Source: a virus. Taken from it: a stretch of DNA of 22,787 bases. Positions 1 to 8,552 of the stretch are shown one piece after another. The stretch is from positions 1 to 22,787 of the IMG/VR virus record IMGVR_UViG_3300045988_020612; one strand, given 5' to 3'. Made by a program: the position numbers and the translations under genes. Below the pieces are notes generated by a model. It was not told where the DNA came from. It ran no database searches and saw only the letters and a program-made list of their open reading frames with translations. The stretch's first letter is position 1, and each line of letters starts with the position of its first letter.

Positions 1-354
1 TGAAAAATCCAGCACAATGTGGATCAATGGCTGGACGTCTGTATTATCCGGTAAGGCTTGCTTGTCTGTACCAGTTTTTAATAAGTTGTATTCAAACCCT
101 TTAATTCGTTCGCTAGCTTGTTCCAACGCTTGGCAGTGGGCGTCTAGCTCTGCACGCTGCACTCTAGTCCCGTAGATATGGACGGTTTGTCTTATCGTTC
201 CAAAATTGTCGTTATTGAGTGTAGGTGCTGAGCTATTCTCACCAATGAAAGCGAAAGGATAGCTAGCGGATGAATTGGGTAAGTAGTCGTAAGTTGCTAG
301 CGTCTCACTAGCAATAACAAATAGATTTCTGAATAAGTCGTGGTTAGGTGTCAT
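1..354 (-). CDS. Head-tail joining / tail-completion-like protein. The N-terminal 118 aa are present and the C-terminus lies beyond the window edge.
   Basis: ATG at 354-352 overlaps the TGA of the upstream gene (ATGA). The frame stays open to position 1. My own translation is MTPNHDLFRNLFVIASETLATYDYLPNSSASYPFAFIGENSS...TVHIYG... It is absent from the ORF track, presumably because no stop falls inside the window. It follows the gp10-like gene. Confidence 0.5.
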   Translation of the reverse strand, partial: MTPNHDLFRNLFVIASETLATYDYLPNSSASYPFAFIGENSSAPTLNNDNFGTIRQTVHIYGTRVQRAELDAHCQALEQASERIKGFEYNLLKTGTDKQALPDNTDVQPLIHIVLDFS

Positions 355-704
355 TTAAAGGCTCCTTCCATTACTTTTCGGATTTGTTCCGTGAAATAAG
401 GCTCGATTTGTTGCATCATTGGACGCATAAACGGCTTACCGGGCTGATAGCGTGTTCCAAACTCTTGAAATCCGCTATAAGAGGCGGCTGAATGGATGTG
501 CGATTCTTCGCCCATGTGCCTAGTGGTGATATTGGCTCTCAAGAAACCAGTATCGACTGGCGCAAGCCCTTTTGAAATGCTCTTGCCTTTCTCAGCTGAG
601 TTTTTAAGAGCTGTTTGAGCTTGTGTCCTAACCCCTTGACTTGCCTTATTCAAAGCAGCAGCGAGGACTGTGTCCCCTCTCCACTCGATTGTGAAATTAG
701 CCAT
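351..704 (-). CDS. HK97 gp10-family head-tail joining protein
   Basis: 117 aa. Contains VDTGFLRANI ... YSGFQEFGTRYQPGKPFMRP, typical of the HK97 gp10 family (recollection). Its start overlaps the end of the upstream gene. Confidence 0.75.
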   Translation of the reverse strand: MANFTIEWRGDTVLAAALNKASQGVRTQAQTALKNSAEKGKSISKGLAPVDTGFLRANITTRHMGEESHIHSAASYSGFQEFGTRYQPGKPFMRPMMQQIEPYFTEQIRKVMEGAFK

Positions 705-1005
705 TTAGCTCACCTCTTTTCAACCTGATTGCGCCCTTAATCGGTGCGTCAATCTGTTCGATAGGGTAATACTTCTTACCCCCATAAAGAGCGTAGTCAA
801 ACGGCTTCTGCTCTTTACTGAATCGGCATATCATGACCACGTCGGACCTACTCCCATAGGCTTCAAATGCACGCTGTTGGTCAATGAAGTTAACCAAACA
901 AGGCACAATCTTGCTAGACTGTGCCTTTTCTTCGTGTTTATCAGTGATTGGGTTGTAAGTCGAAACACCTTGCTTCACTAGCTTAATGCGGTGCGGTGTT
1001 TTCAT
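697..1005 (-). CDS. Head closure / head-tail adaptor protein (SPP1 gp16-like)
   Basis: 102 aa. Lies between the connector-like and gp10-like genes and overlaps both neighbours. The call is by position and size. Confidence 0.55.
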   Translation of the reverse strand: MKTPHRIKLVKQGVSTYNPITDKHEEKAQSSKIVPCLVNFIDQQRAFEAYGSRSDVVMICRFSKEQKPFDYALYGGKKYYPIEQIDAPIKGAIRLKRGELNG

Positions 1006-1349
1006 AGGAATTTCACCTTACCTTTTCGAGCTAACGAGCCATCTAGGCCGAAATCTTTATCCAAAATCTTTCTGTAAGGTTTGAACATGTCGTCCCAATC
1101 TTCGTAGGTGACTGAATAGCCGTCTACGTTTTCGGTTTTGACACCTTCTGAACCCTTACGACCATAGAGCTTGTAAACAACATTTTCGATGATGAAATGA
1201 TATTTCTTGTCAATCTCGGTTGTTCCGACTAGTGCTTTGAAATAGCTCTCAGCGTCGTTGACTAAGTCTTCGATCAATTCATCCTCAAGATCGTCTTCAA
1301 CGTCGATACCCAACCGACGCTTAATCTTCTCAAGTTGGATATCGTTCAT
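1002..1349 (-). CDS. Head-tail connector protein (gp6/gp15-like)
   Basis: 115 aa. The acidic N-terminus LGIDVEDDLEDELIEDLVNDAESYF is typical of phage gp6-like connector proteins. It sits in the head module. Confidence 0.65.
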   Translation of the reverse strand: MNDIQLEKIKRRLGIDVEDDLEDELIEDLVNDAESYFKALVGTTEIDKKYHFIIENVVYKLYGRKGSEGVKTENVDGYSVTYEDWDDMFKPYRKILDKDFGLDGSLARKGKVKFL

Positions 1350-1350
1350 T

Positions 1351-1623
1351 TTAGACCTCCTCCGCAGCCTTTAGAAGTTCTTCTAAATCTGCTTTTTTTG
1401 CTTTGGCGTCATACTCGACACCAGCTTCATCAAGTTTTGCTTTGAGCTCCTTGACTGTAAGCTCTTTTGGTGGCTCGACTTGTTCGATACCGCCTTTTTC
1501 AAGAACTTCTGCCACACGCTCTTTAGATGGCTCATAGCCATCTCGTGGGTAAACTTCCCCGACTTGATAGATATACTCGTTATCTTGCAAGTCACGGAAT
1601 GTAATCTTAGCTTTATAGGTCAT
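1351..1623 (-). CDS. Small head-module protein with a C-terminal HeH/SAP (Rho-N-like) motif
   Basis: 90 aa with a strong RBS (CAGGAGG, then 5 nt, then ATG). The C-terminus LTVKELKAKLDEAGVEYDAKAKKADLEELL matches the helix-extension-helix pattern. Confidence 0.7.
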   Translation of the reverse strand: MTYKAKITFRDLQDNEYIYQVGEVYPRDGYEPSKERVAEVLEKGGIEQVEPPKELTVKELKAKLDEAGVEYDAKAKKADLEELLKAAEEV

Positions 1624-1636
1624 TTAAACCTCCTGA

Positions 1637-2569
1637 CTAGACCCCTACTGGTTGGATCGCTGCAAATGCTTCGTCGTTTGGAATCGCTACGGCAATTTCA
1701 AAGATTGCACGAAGTGCTTGCATGTCTTGTTCAAACAAATGGACGTCACCAGAATCAAGAGTGCCATCGTTTTGAACTTTAGACAAAGTGGCCTGGTCTG
1801 CGATTTTAAGACGCAAGTTAGTACCGTTTGGAATACCGTAAACCAAACCATTGAAGTTACCAGTGATCAATGTACCTGCTGGGTAAGTTTGCCCATCTTG
1901 CAATTGAAGTTGAGAATATGGGAGACCATCAAGCTCACCGATTGCGTTAGGGTTAGCTGGTTTAGTGAAGATGTGTTGACCGCCGTTCACATTGTCGACG
2001 ATTCCACGAAGTGTGCGGTTGATAGTGCGGTGACCTACGAATGCGTTAGGTTCTTTTTCTGACTTATCTTCCACATCGTAAATGTTATTGAGGTTGATGT
2101 CCCCAGATACGATGTTTTGAGCACGTTTAGCAGACGCCAAGACGTTGGCACCGAATGGGTTGTTGTACAAACCAAGGAATGCTGCCCCGTCGATTTTTTT
2201 GTTAAACAAGTCAACAATCTTATCCTTGATTGATTCGAAGAAATCAGTCCAAGTGTAGTTAAGGACTTCTTCCGTTACCGGCAAGATAACCGCCAATTTG
2301 CGAGATTCAAGAACGTAAGATTTCGTTTGTACTTTTGCAGTGCCGATTTTTTGACCTTCACCCACAAAGTAAGCGTCTGTCAATTGACCAACTTCAACTC
2401 CTTTGCGGACCATTTTGCCGTCCATTTCAACTTTTTGGCCAAGCTGAATAACTTTTGAAGTTTTAACGAGTTCGTCAGTGAATAGATCAGTGATTTGTTC
2501 TGATGTGACCTCTTTCCCAAGAGAATCAGACAATAGGACTGTGTCTGGATTAAATTTCTGTTGAGCCAT
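1637..2569 (-). CDS. Major capsid protein
   Basis: 310 aa with RBS GAAAGGAG. It lies immediately downstream of the scaffold gene, and its size and position fit a siphovirus major capsid protein. Confidence 0.8.
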   Translation of the reverse strand: MAQQKFNPDTVLLSDSLGKEVTSEQITDLFTDELVKTSKVIQLGQKVEMDGKMVRKGVEVGQLTDAYFVGEGQKIGTAKVQTKSYVLESRKLAVILPVTEEVLNYTWTDFFESIKDKIVDLFNKKIDGAAFLGLYNNPFGANVLASAKRAQNIVSGDINLNNIYDVEDKSEKEPNAFVGHRTINRTLRGIVDNVNGGQHIFTKPANPNAIGELDGLPYSQLQLQDGQTYPAGTLITGNFNGLVYGIPNGTNLRLKIADQATLSKVQNDGTLDSGDVHLFEQDMQALRAIFEIAVAIPNDEAFAAIQPVGV

Positions 2570-2587
2570 GCGCTCTCCTTTCTTAAA

Positions 2588-3139
2588 TTAGAAATTAGTG
2601 ATTTTGGCTTTATCAAACTTGTCTTTTCCACGATGTGAACGCCCTTCCTCTCCGCCACTAGTGCGAGGTGGTAGAGCTTTTGCTTCTTCTCGTTTCTGCA
2701 AGTTTAGGATGTTAGCCATGTTTGAAACAGCTAACTTGGTAGCTTCTTCGTCGCCTTTTACAACGAAAGCAAGCGTCGACTCATTGACAGGAACACCTTG
2801 AGCTTCGAGCTCTTTAATAGCGATATCCTGCATTTGACGTTGAGCGATTTGAGCTTGAAGTGCTGCGATTGTGCTCTGGGCTTCTTCGAATTCTTTATCC
2901 CGCTGTTTCTGTTGCAGCTCTTGAAGTTCTTCTTCGCTCATTTTAGCTTTAGCAACGGCTTCCTCGATTTGAGATTGAATACCGGTTTGCATATCAGCAA
3001 TTTCAAGAGTATGTTTTTCTTCCATCTGCTTGAGTCTACGCTGCATTTCAGCGACTGACACCATCTTCTCCTCTTTTCCTGGTTGGCTAGCTTCAACCTC
3101 TTGAGGATTCTCAACTGTTTCAAGTTCTTTTTCTGCCAT
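2588..3139 (-). CDS. Capsid scaffolding protein
   Basis: 183 aa, acidic and rich in E/Q/K with coiled-coil character (MQRRLKQMEEKH, EELQELQQKQRDKEFEEAQ). It lies directly upstream of the capsid gene. RBS GAAAGGAG. Confidence 0.7.
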   Translation of the reverse strand: MAEKELETVENPQEVEASQPGKEEKMVSVAEMQRRLKQMEEKHTLEIADMQTGIQSQIEEAVAKAKMSEEELQELQQKQRDKEFEEAQSTIAALQAQIAQRQMQDIAIKELEAQGVPVNESTLAFVVKGDEEATKLAVSNMANILNLQKREEAKALPPRTSGGEEGRSHRGKDKFDKAKITNF

Positions 3140-3225
3140 GATAGGCTCCTTTCTTTACGCTTTAACGTCCAACCTCGACGAACTCATGCAGCTTTTAATG
3201 TCCTCAGCACGGTCTGGACAAGGGG

Positions 3226-4182
3226 TTATTCACCCCAAACGCCGTTAACAGCTTCTTCATCAAGAGTGCTGCCGCCAGCTTTATATTCCATTTTGATATG
3301 TCCATACGCTGAACAGCGACAGTTAGGGTGCATTGGGTACATGTTGACCCCCTTTTCTGCCTTGTTGATCGGTATAGCTTTTTTATCTAAGGGCTTACAA
3401 ATATCGCAAGCCCCACTTTCTGCGACATAGATTAGATGTGTGAAGTTGTTTTCTTTCAACATCATCAACTCTGTATCAGCGTTAATGCGAGCTATTTCGG
3501 TCTTGAGTAGCCGTTGGGCATTGGACTGGCTTGTGTTATATTTCTTAGCTAATCGTTGCCGCTCCTGCTTAAAACCGTCCATGTCGGTGAAGATGCGTGC
3601 TAACGAGCTAAACACATCCTTCTGCATACTTGCATGAAGGCCATTTCTGCCCCAAACTCTGCGACTAAAATTCTGCCCGTAAAAATCAGCGTCTAAAATT
3701 GCTCTCATGCGACTTACTGCATTGACCGCAGAATTACCCAAGATACCCGCTTGACGCTTAAACTCAGCTAAGTATTCATTCTCACGAGCTTCATCAAAGA
3801 CTTCGTTAACGTCTGATATAAGACTAGCTATCTCAAGTCTTAATTCTGCTTTGAGTAGTTCCAAACGACTGACTTTCATTTTCAAGTTAAACAGTCTTAG
3901 CCATTGATTTGTGCCGTGTGAAAAATCTTTCTCGACTACTGCTTTTCTAGCTCGGTCCTTATACTCAGTGACATCGAACTCACTAGCTCGCTTCATAGCT
4001 TCGGCACGACTCAGCCCTTCCTTGTCGGCATAGCGCATGTAAAACCCGTTTATTTGGCTCTGCATGCGGTTATAAGACGTTTGATAGAGCTCTTTCAAGA
4101 CTTTGTCACGCTCTATGTCACGCTTGATTAGGTCTGATTGTGCTTTTCGCTCAGCATTGTAGCGCTCATTATTCGTCATCAT
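3226..4182 (-). CDS. Head morphogenesis protein, SPP1 gp7 / Mu F family
   Basis: 318 aa. The C-terminal ACDICKPL...MYPMHPNCRCS motif is characteristic of this family. The start overlaps the end of the portal gene. Confidence 0.8.
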   Translation of the reverse strand: MMTNNERYNAERKAQSDLIKRDIERDKVLKELYQTSYNRMQSQINGFYMRYADKEGLSRAEAMKRASEFDVTEYKDRARKAVVEKDFSHGTNQWLRLFNLKMKVSRLELLKAELRLEIASLISDVNEVFDEARENEYLAEFKRQAGILGNSAVNAVSRMRAILDADFYGQNFSRRVWGRNGLHASMQKDVFSSLARIFTDMDGFKQERQRLAKKYNTSQSNAQRLLKTEIARINADTELMMLKENNFTHLIYVAESGACDICKPLDKKAIPINKAEKGVNMYPMHPNCRCSAYGHIKMEYKAGGSTLDEEAVNGVWGE

Positions 4183-5668
4183 CCTCAGTACCTACAATCT
4201 GACTAACTTCTAAATCAGTAGCGCCGCCCTCTTTGAGCAAACGGCTCTTTTCTTTTCGAGCATCAGTGAAGCTAGCTGATTCCATAAGTGTTTCTTGTGA
4301 GATTTCCATGCCAGAATTGATAGCTGATTGAATCTCAGCCCATACGTCCGTTGGCAAATTCTCATGAAACGTAAACGTCAGCATGTCAGCGTCCACTGGT
4401 TCGATACCTTTGAGATTGTTAGACAGTAACTCAAGTAGCTTATAGCGGCGTCTAAGCGCCTTGACAAAGAACCCGCGCTTTACGGCTGTAACCTGTTGCA
4501 AGTCAACGAGCTTATAGCGGATAGCAATCCCAGACGTAGCTGAGAATGTCGAGTCGTCCTGCAAGTTAGGCAATCCAACGATTCGGAAAAAGTCTTTAAT
4601 CAAACGTGACTTGTACGCTTCAACACCGCTGACATCGTATTGCTTATAGATATAGCCAGCGTCTAGTGACGTTTGTTGTCCATTGTGCCCAACACCACTC
4701 TCAAGCACCAGCATGTTAGCGTGTTTCATTTTCATGATGTCAGACGCATTCATACCCGTACTTTCGACATCCCCTTTGATAACTAGCATTGCGTCATTAA
4801 GGTCCGACATATAGTTAGCCGTGTCAGATTCCGCTGCGTCGTAAGCGTCAATGATTGGAATACCTTTCTCCCAATCTCCAGAACGCTCACGGTTATTCTG
4901 CCACTCCACCACTGGCACCATCCCGAACGGGTTCTCTTTGCGTTCGATTTCCTGCCAGTTTGGATCATAACCAACAATCTTGTTGTCAGTGTAGACTGTG
5001 ACAAACATCTCGCCGTCATACACTGGACAATGGACAGCCGCAATGATATCCTTTCGAACGTCTGCGCTACGAATAGTGAACATTTCCCTTGCATCAATCA
5101 AGACCACTGCGGGATTGCCAAACTCATCATAATAGTGTAGTTCAAACGCTCGTCCGAAGCGTGAGGCGTCATAGACTAACTCACGATTAAGGGCTTCAAC
5201 GTCGTTATAGGCGTTGAAATCGTCAATAGCCGTTAAATCGCTGTTAGTGTCAGTGGCACCGATTGAAATAGGTTGACCTACTGTGTATCCAGTAAAGAAA
5301 CGACTAGCCTGTCCACCCAGGTCATGCCTAATGCGGTAGTCAGCCTTCTCTGGTTCTAGTCGCTTACGACCATTTAGAATCGTGTAGTTGTTCCCGTTTG
5401 AATAGCTCTCTAGGATATTCAAGCGCTCAATCTGTTCGTCTTGGAACTGAGCTACCATCTTCTCTAACTTCTCACGTCCTTGGAACGTGTCCACTAGGTC
5501 GTCTGCTGACTGAGCCATGAAGTGCGTGTTAGCTTCTTTTGCGAAACGAAGAAAATCTTCCCGTTTCTGTAAGCTAGTCGGCTCCATATCTCGCTCGAAT
5601 TGATACGATCTAGGAATATACTGCCCTTCATGCAGAATATCGTCAGCACTATGTGTTGTGTTCGTCAT
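4169..5668 (-). CDS. Portal protein (SPP1 gp6-like)
   Basis: 499 aa. It follows TerL with only one intervening base (TerL ends at 5670). Size and position are typical, and the C-terminal tail is acidic. Confidence 0.8.
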   Translation of the reverse strand: MTNTTHSADDILHEGQYIPRSYQFERDMEPTSLQKREDFLRFAKEANTHFMAQSADDLVDTFQGREKLEKMVAQFQDEQIERLNILESYSNGNNYTILNGRKRLEPEKADYRIRHDLGGQASRFFTGYTVGQPISIGATDTNSDLTAIDDFNAYNDVEALNRELVYDASRFGRAFELHYYDEFGNPAVVLIDAREMFTIRSADVRKDIIAAVHCPVYDGEMFVTVYTDNKIVGYDPNWQEIERKENPFGMVPVVEWQNNRERSGDWEKGIPIIDAYDAAESDTANYMSDLNDAMLVIKGDVESTGMNASDIMKMKHANMLVLESGVGHNGQQTSLDAGYIYKQYDVSGVEAYKSRLIKDFFRIVGLPNLQDDSTFSATSGIAIRYKLVDLQQVTAVKRGFFVKALRRRYKLLELLSNNLKGIEPVDADMLTFTFHENLPTDVWAEIQSAINSGMEISQETLMESASFTDARKEKSRLLKEGGATDLEVSQIVGTEDDDE

Positions 5669-5669
5669 T

Positions 5670-6950
5670 CTATCTCCTTAACAATTTGTTAACCCGTCTA
5701 ATCTTAGCATCTACGTCCTGTCTATCTTTGACAAAGATAAGGTTTTGAAGTGCGTATCTAATAGCGTCGATACAGTGGTTATAGCTATCACACGGCTTGT
5801 TGATGTACTCGTTTGTGTGCTTATCTTTCTGCCATGTATAGTTCTCAAGTTCCTCAATCGTCTTAACACATCTCTCATCAACGATGATGTCGAATTGCTG
5901 CAAGAACTGAATCCCTTGAAGGACTGAACCTTTACCCTTATCTACTGGAACAGCTCTACGCAAGCCCAGCGTTTGCAATTCAGCAATAGATTTCTGCTCT
6001 GCCGAGTCGGCCATAATCACCTCTTTTGAATAGCCAAGGCTAGTGATAGCTTCTGCTATTTGGTTGTTAAGCAACCCCTTCTTGACGTATTCCTCCAAGA
6101 TATATAGCCGCTTGTTCTCTCGGTCTATTTTGACATGCATAAACGCCGTGGGGTCGTTAGTAAACCCAAAGTCCAGACCAAAAAAGGACGGCAACTGTTT
6201 AAGCTCGTCCTTGTTAAGTAATCTCTTTTCGTATTTCGGAAAAACTAGTTTGTCGAGTGTCGCGAACTCACCCAAAGCATAGATTTTGTAATAGGCTTCA
6301 TTTCGATTTGCTAACTCCTCGATATTCTCCTTGGTCAAGTCGTCCAGGAACCGATTATCCTTATACGTTGTTTGGTAAACCACTGTATTCTTAGGATCCT
6401 TCACAAAGAACGCATTATATACCCAGTTAGCTTTAGACACGGGGTTAAACATCAAATAGATTTGCTTCTGTTTGTGAGCTTTATCCCTCAAGCGAAGCGT
6501 CAGCTGCGTGTAATCATCGAGCGTAAATTCTGACGCTTCTTCCATAACCACGTCCGAAATGCCTTTGATTGACTTGATTTTCTCTGGGTTATCCATCCCT
6601 TTGAAAATCAACTCAGCGCCGTTTGGTAACTCAATGCGGAATGCGCTCATGTTAACCTTGCATAGATTAAGCACACCAAAGTAAGACAAGGCTGCTTGCA
6701 CGTCCGCAAACACCGAGTCACGAACCGTAGAGCCTACCTTACGCAATATCAATATCTTACGGGGTTTATCCCACTTTTTAAGAGCTTTGAGAACAATCTT
6801 CTGGAAGACCCCGTGACTCTTACCGCTAGACGCTCCGCCGTAATGTACCTCAGTAAACGTGTCATAATCAAACAAATGTTCATAGATGTGTCGATTAAAC
6901 ACCCTGCTTGGATTGATTTCAAGATTAATCGTCATTCCATTCACCAACAT
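5670..6950 (-). CDS. terL: Terminase large subunit (PBSX/Terminase_3-like)
   Basis: 426 aa. Has an N-terminal Walker A-like GGASSGKS. It lies between TerS and portal, and its start overlaps the end of TerS. Confidence 0.9.
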   Translation of the reverse strand: MLVNGMTINLEINPSRVFNRHIYEHLFDYDTFTEVHYGGASSGKSHGVFQKIVLKALKKWDKPRKILILRKVGSTVRDSVFADVQAALSYFGVLNLCKVNMSAFRIELPNGAELIFKGMDNPEKIKSIKGISDVVMEEASEFTLDDYTQLTLRLRDKAHKQKQIYLMFNPVSKANWVYNAFFVKDPKNTVVYQTTYKDNRFLDDLTKENIEELANRNEAYYKIYALGEFATLDKLVFPKYEKRLLNKDELKQLPSFFGLDFGFTNDPTAFMHVKIDRENKRLYILEEYVKKGLLNNQIAEAITSLGYSKEVIMADSAEQKSIAELQTLGLRRAVPVDKGKGSVLQGIQFLQQFDIIVDERCVKTIEELENYTWQKDKHTNEYINKPCDSYNHCIDAIRYALQNLIFVKDRQDVDAKIRRVNKLLRR

Positions 6951-7368
6951 TAATATTGATATCTTGCGTTACATCGGCTTCGACCTTATCTGTCCACATT
7001 CTGTAACGTTTACCGATATCAACTGCCGCAGCTCGACGGGTGGCAACATTCGGCTTAGCTTGAGCAATGCGCTGCATACCCTCACCATCCAGGACAAGTA
7101 AGGGTTCTTCAATCTCACCACGCATTACGGCAGTGAGAAATTCCATGACTTCCTGCTGATCGGCAACACGTTCCGACTTTAACTGTTCCAGTCGTTCGTC
7201 TATATAAGCCTTGACCTCAGTATTTCTTAGTAGCTTACTACCATTGACTTCTGCCGTCCTTATCTTCTTAATACTAGGATAAGCCTTCTTGTACGCTTGT
7301 GTAGCGTTTAGGCTGATGATGTACTCATCGGCAAACTTAATTTGTTTCTCGGTCATCCCATTTTCCAT
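6925..7368 (-). CDS. terS: Terminase small subunit
   Basis: MTEKQIKFADEYIISLNATQAYKKAYPS...GSKLLRNTEVKAYIDERL matches the small-terminase HTH pattern. The track ORF runs to 7404, but I trimmed the start to the ATG at 7368 (or 7356), which lies next to AAAGGAG. Confidence 0.8.
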   Translation of the reverse strand: MENGMTEKQIKFADEYIISLNATQAYKKAYPSIKKIRTAEVNGSKLLRNTEVKAYIDERLEQLKSERVADQQEVMEFLTAVMRGEIEEPLLVLDGEGMQRIAQAKPNVATRRAAAVDIGKRYRMWTDKVEADVTQDININVGEWNDD

Positions 7369-7387
7369 CAACTCCTTTCTGGCACTG

Positions 7388-7418
7388 AAAAAAAGACAAC
7401 CCACAAAGTGAGCTGTCT
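7388..7418 (-). terminator. Imperfect hairpin plus U7 between arpU-like gene and terS; a possible attenuator or terminator in the late leader
   Basis: The minus strand reads AGACAGCTCACTTTGTGGGTTGTCT followed by TTTTTTT. The stem has mismatches. Only about 20 nt remain before the terS start. Confidence 0.3.
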
Positions 7419-7495
7419 AGCTATAATTATCAATACTAATATTATATCGCTAATAAACGTTCAAATTCTAACATTTATCAAGTGTTTTCTGCGGC

Positions 7496-7933
7496 TTAAT
7501 CTCCCAGAAATACAAGGCATTCGCCATTGCGGTAATTCTCCGCAAACTCCAAAATTGCCTGCTCTCTCATTCGGTAGTATTCACTTTCAGAATATCCAAG
7601 GTCCATATAGACTTCAATGTTGTACTGTTTTCTACTCCTGCAATAACACTCTATCAATATCTGACTGTAACGCCTATCTGATAATGCGTTGATAGCTCTA
7701 ACAATAGCTTGTAAGTCTTGTTCAGCGGCTACCTTGCGTGTTACCATGCTTTCGGTCTGGCTGTGAACCATTCCATCGAATGACTTGGGTTCTAACGAGA
7801 ATGAAGCTGTCACTTTAGGGGCGTATTCCAAGCCCGCTATCCGTGTTAGCATGCGATACCTTCTTAGTACCTTTATAGCTTTCTTTTTAGTTGCGGTTTT
7901 ATCTACTTCCGCAAATAGATTGATACTTGCCAT
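7496..7933 (-). CDS. arpU: ArpU-family phage late transcriptional regulator
   Basis: 145 aa. The N-terminus LFAEVDKTATKKKAIKVLRRYRMLTRIAG and the position immediately upstream of terS are typical of ArpU/RinA-type regulators (recollection). Confidence 0.7.
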   Translation of the reverse strand: MASINLFAEVDKTATKKKAIKVLRRYRMLTRIAGLEYAPKVTASFSLEPKSFDGMVHSQTESMVTRKVAAEQDLQAIVRAINALSDRRYSQILIECYCRSRKQYNIEVYMDLGYSESEYYRMREQAILEFAENYRNGECLVFLGD

Positions 7934-7957
7934 GACACCCCTCTTGTGTGATATAAT
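7927..7957 (+). promoter_or_regulatory. Candidate + strand promoter antisense to the arpU leader
   Basis: TTGCCA (7927-7932), 19-nt spacer, TGa TATAAT (TG at 7949-7950, hexamer at 7952-7957). The -35 overlaps the arpU start codon. Confidence 0.35.
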
Positions 7958-7979
7958 AGTTGTATCGTGTTCAAAGAGT

Positions 7980-8006
7980 GCCGGCCATCGTGTCGGTCTT
8001 TTTTTT
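7980..8006 (+). terminator. Intrinsic terminator oriented on the + strand
   Basis: Stem CCGGC/GTCGG (7981-7985 pairs with 7992-7996), 6-nt loop, then TC plus a T8 run ending at 8006. Confidence 0.5.
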
Positions 8007-8304
8007 GTTTATAGCTCAAGAAACGTTAAGAGATTATATTGAAAAGATTGAGTGTTTATTCTTGGGGTGTTTCTCAAGCCTTTTATCACCTCCTTTCTAG
8101 CCAAGACACCAGCAAGGTCTTTGGCTTTTGATTTGTAATGCGATATCAATAAGAAAGAGGCTTTTTCACATCCTTTTTTCTTAAATTTGCTGGGTTTGTT
8201 TTGAGCAAGGTCTGTCAGCTTGCTCGTGTCGAAAAAGTGTTAAAAAAGTGTCCAAGCCACTAAAAACCTATATCCATTTTATTTTTAGTGTTTTGACAGA
8301 CAAT

Positions 8305-8347
8305 GACTGGCAAGAGGAATCGAACCCCTTGAGTAACCATTCCAGCC
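8305..8347 (-). ncRNA. tRNA-like minihelix A (acceptor-like stem plus canonical T-arm, no D or anticodon arm)
   Basis: The minus strand reads GGCTGG-AATGGTTACTC-AAGGGG-TTCGATT-CCTCTT-G-CCAGTC. It contains GGTTCGATTCC, the tRNA T-arm consensus. Confidence 0.35.
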
Positions 8348-8369
8348 TAGATATAGAGAAATCATTATC

Positions 8370-8392
8370 GGGGATATTCCCCTTTCGTTTTT
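8370..8392 (+). terminator. Hairpin plus T-rich tail, + oriented (or a structural hairpin of a minus-strand RNA)
   Basis: GGGGA-TAT-TCCCC followed by TTTCGTTTTT. Confidence 0.3.
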
Positions 8393-8552
8393 GAAATAAT
8401 ACAAGAATTAAGTTGGATGAATTATGGAGATTTCTGACCTATATCTGCTTGCAGGCATAAGCCTTGAATAATCACGCCACCAGTAAGACGCTTTAGATTT
8501 GTGAATGAAATAAAAAAGGATTCCTCGATTCTAATTTCTTATTTACTGGTAA

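Noticed and set aside
4783-5097. 104-aa alternate-frame ORF inside the portal gene, and the similar track ORFs 1383..1595, 2035..2217, 2380..2658 and 2938..3123
   Set aside because: Each is nested out of frame within a longer, well-supported structural gene. None has independent support.
7785-8042. 85-aa + strand ORF
   Set aside because: It is antisense to arpU, has no RBS, and runs through the + strand terminator hairpin. It is most likely spurious.
8087-8096. Strong SD-like AAAGGAGGTG (minus strand) as the start of a hidden gene
   Set aside because: The only downstream frame is a 22-codon TTG ORF with an 11-nt spacing, which is not convincing as coding. I noted it as a feature of the non-coding region.
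8210-8550. Long-range 7-8-bp complementarities (8479-8486 with 8543-8550; 8210-8216 with 8295-8301) as evidence for tertiary RNA structure
   Set aside because: By rough estimate, a few matches of this length are expected by chance in a 658-nt AT-rich sequence, so I did not use them as evidence.
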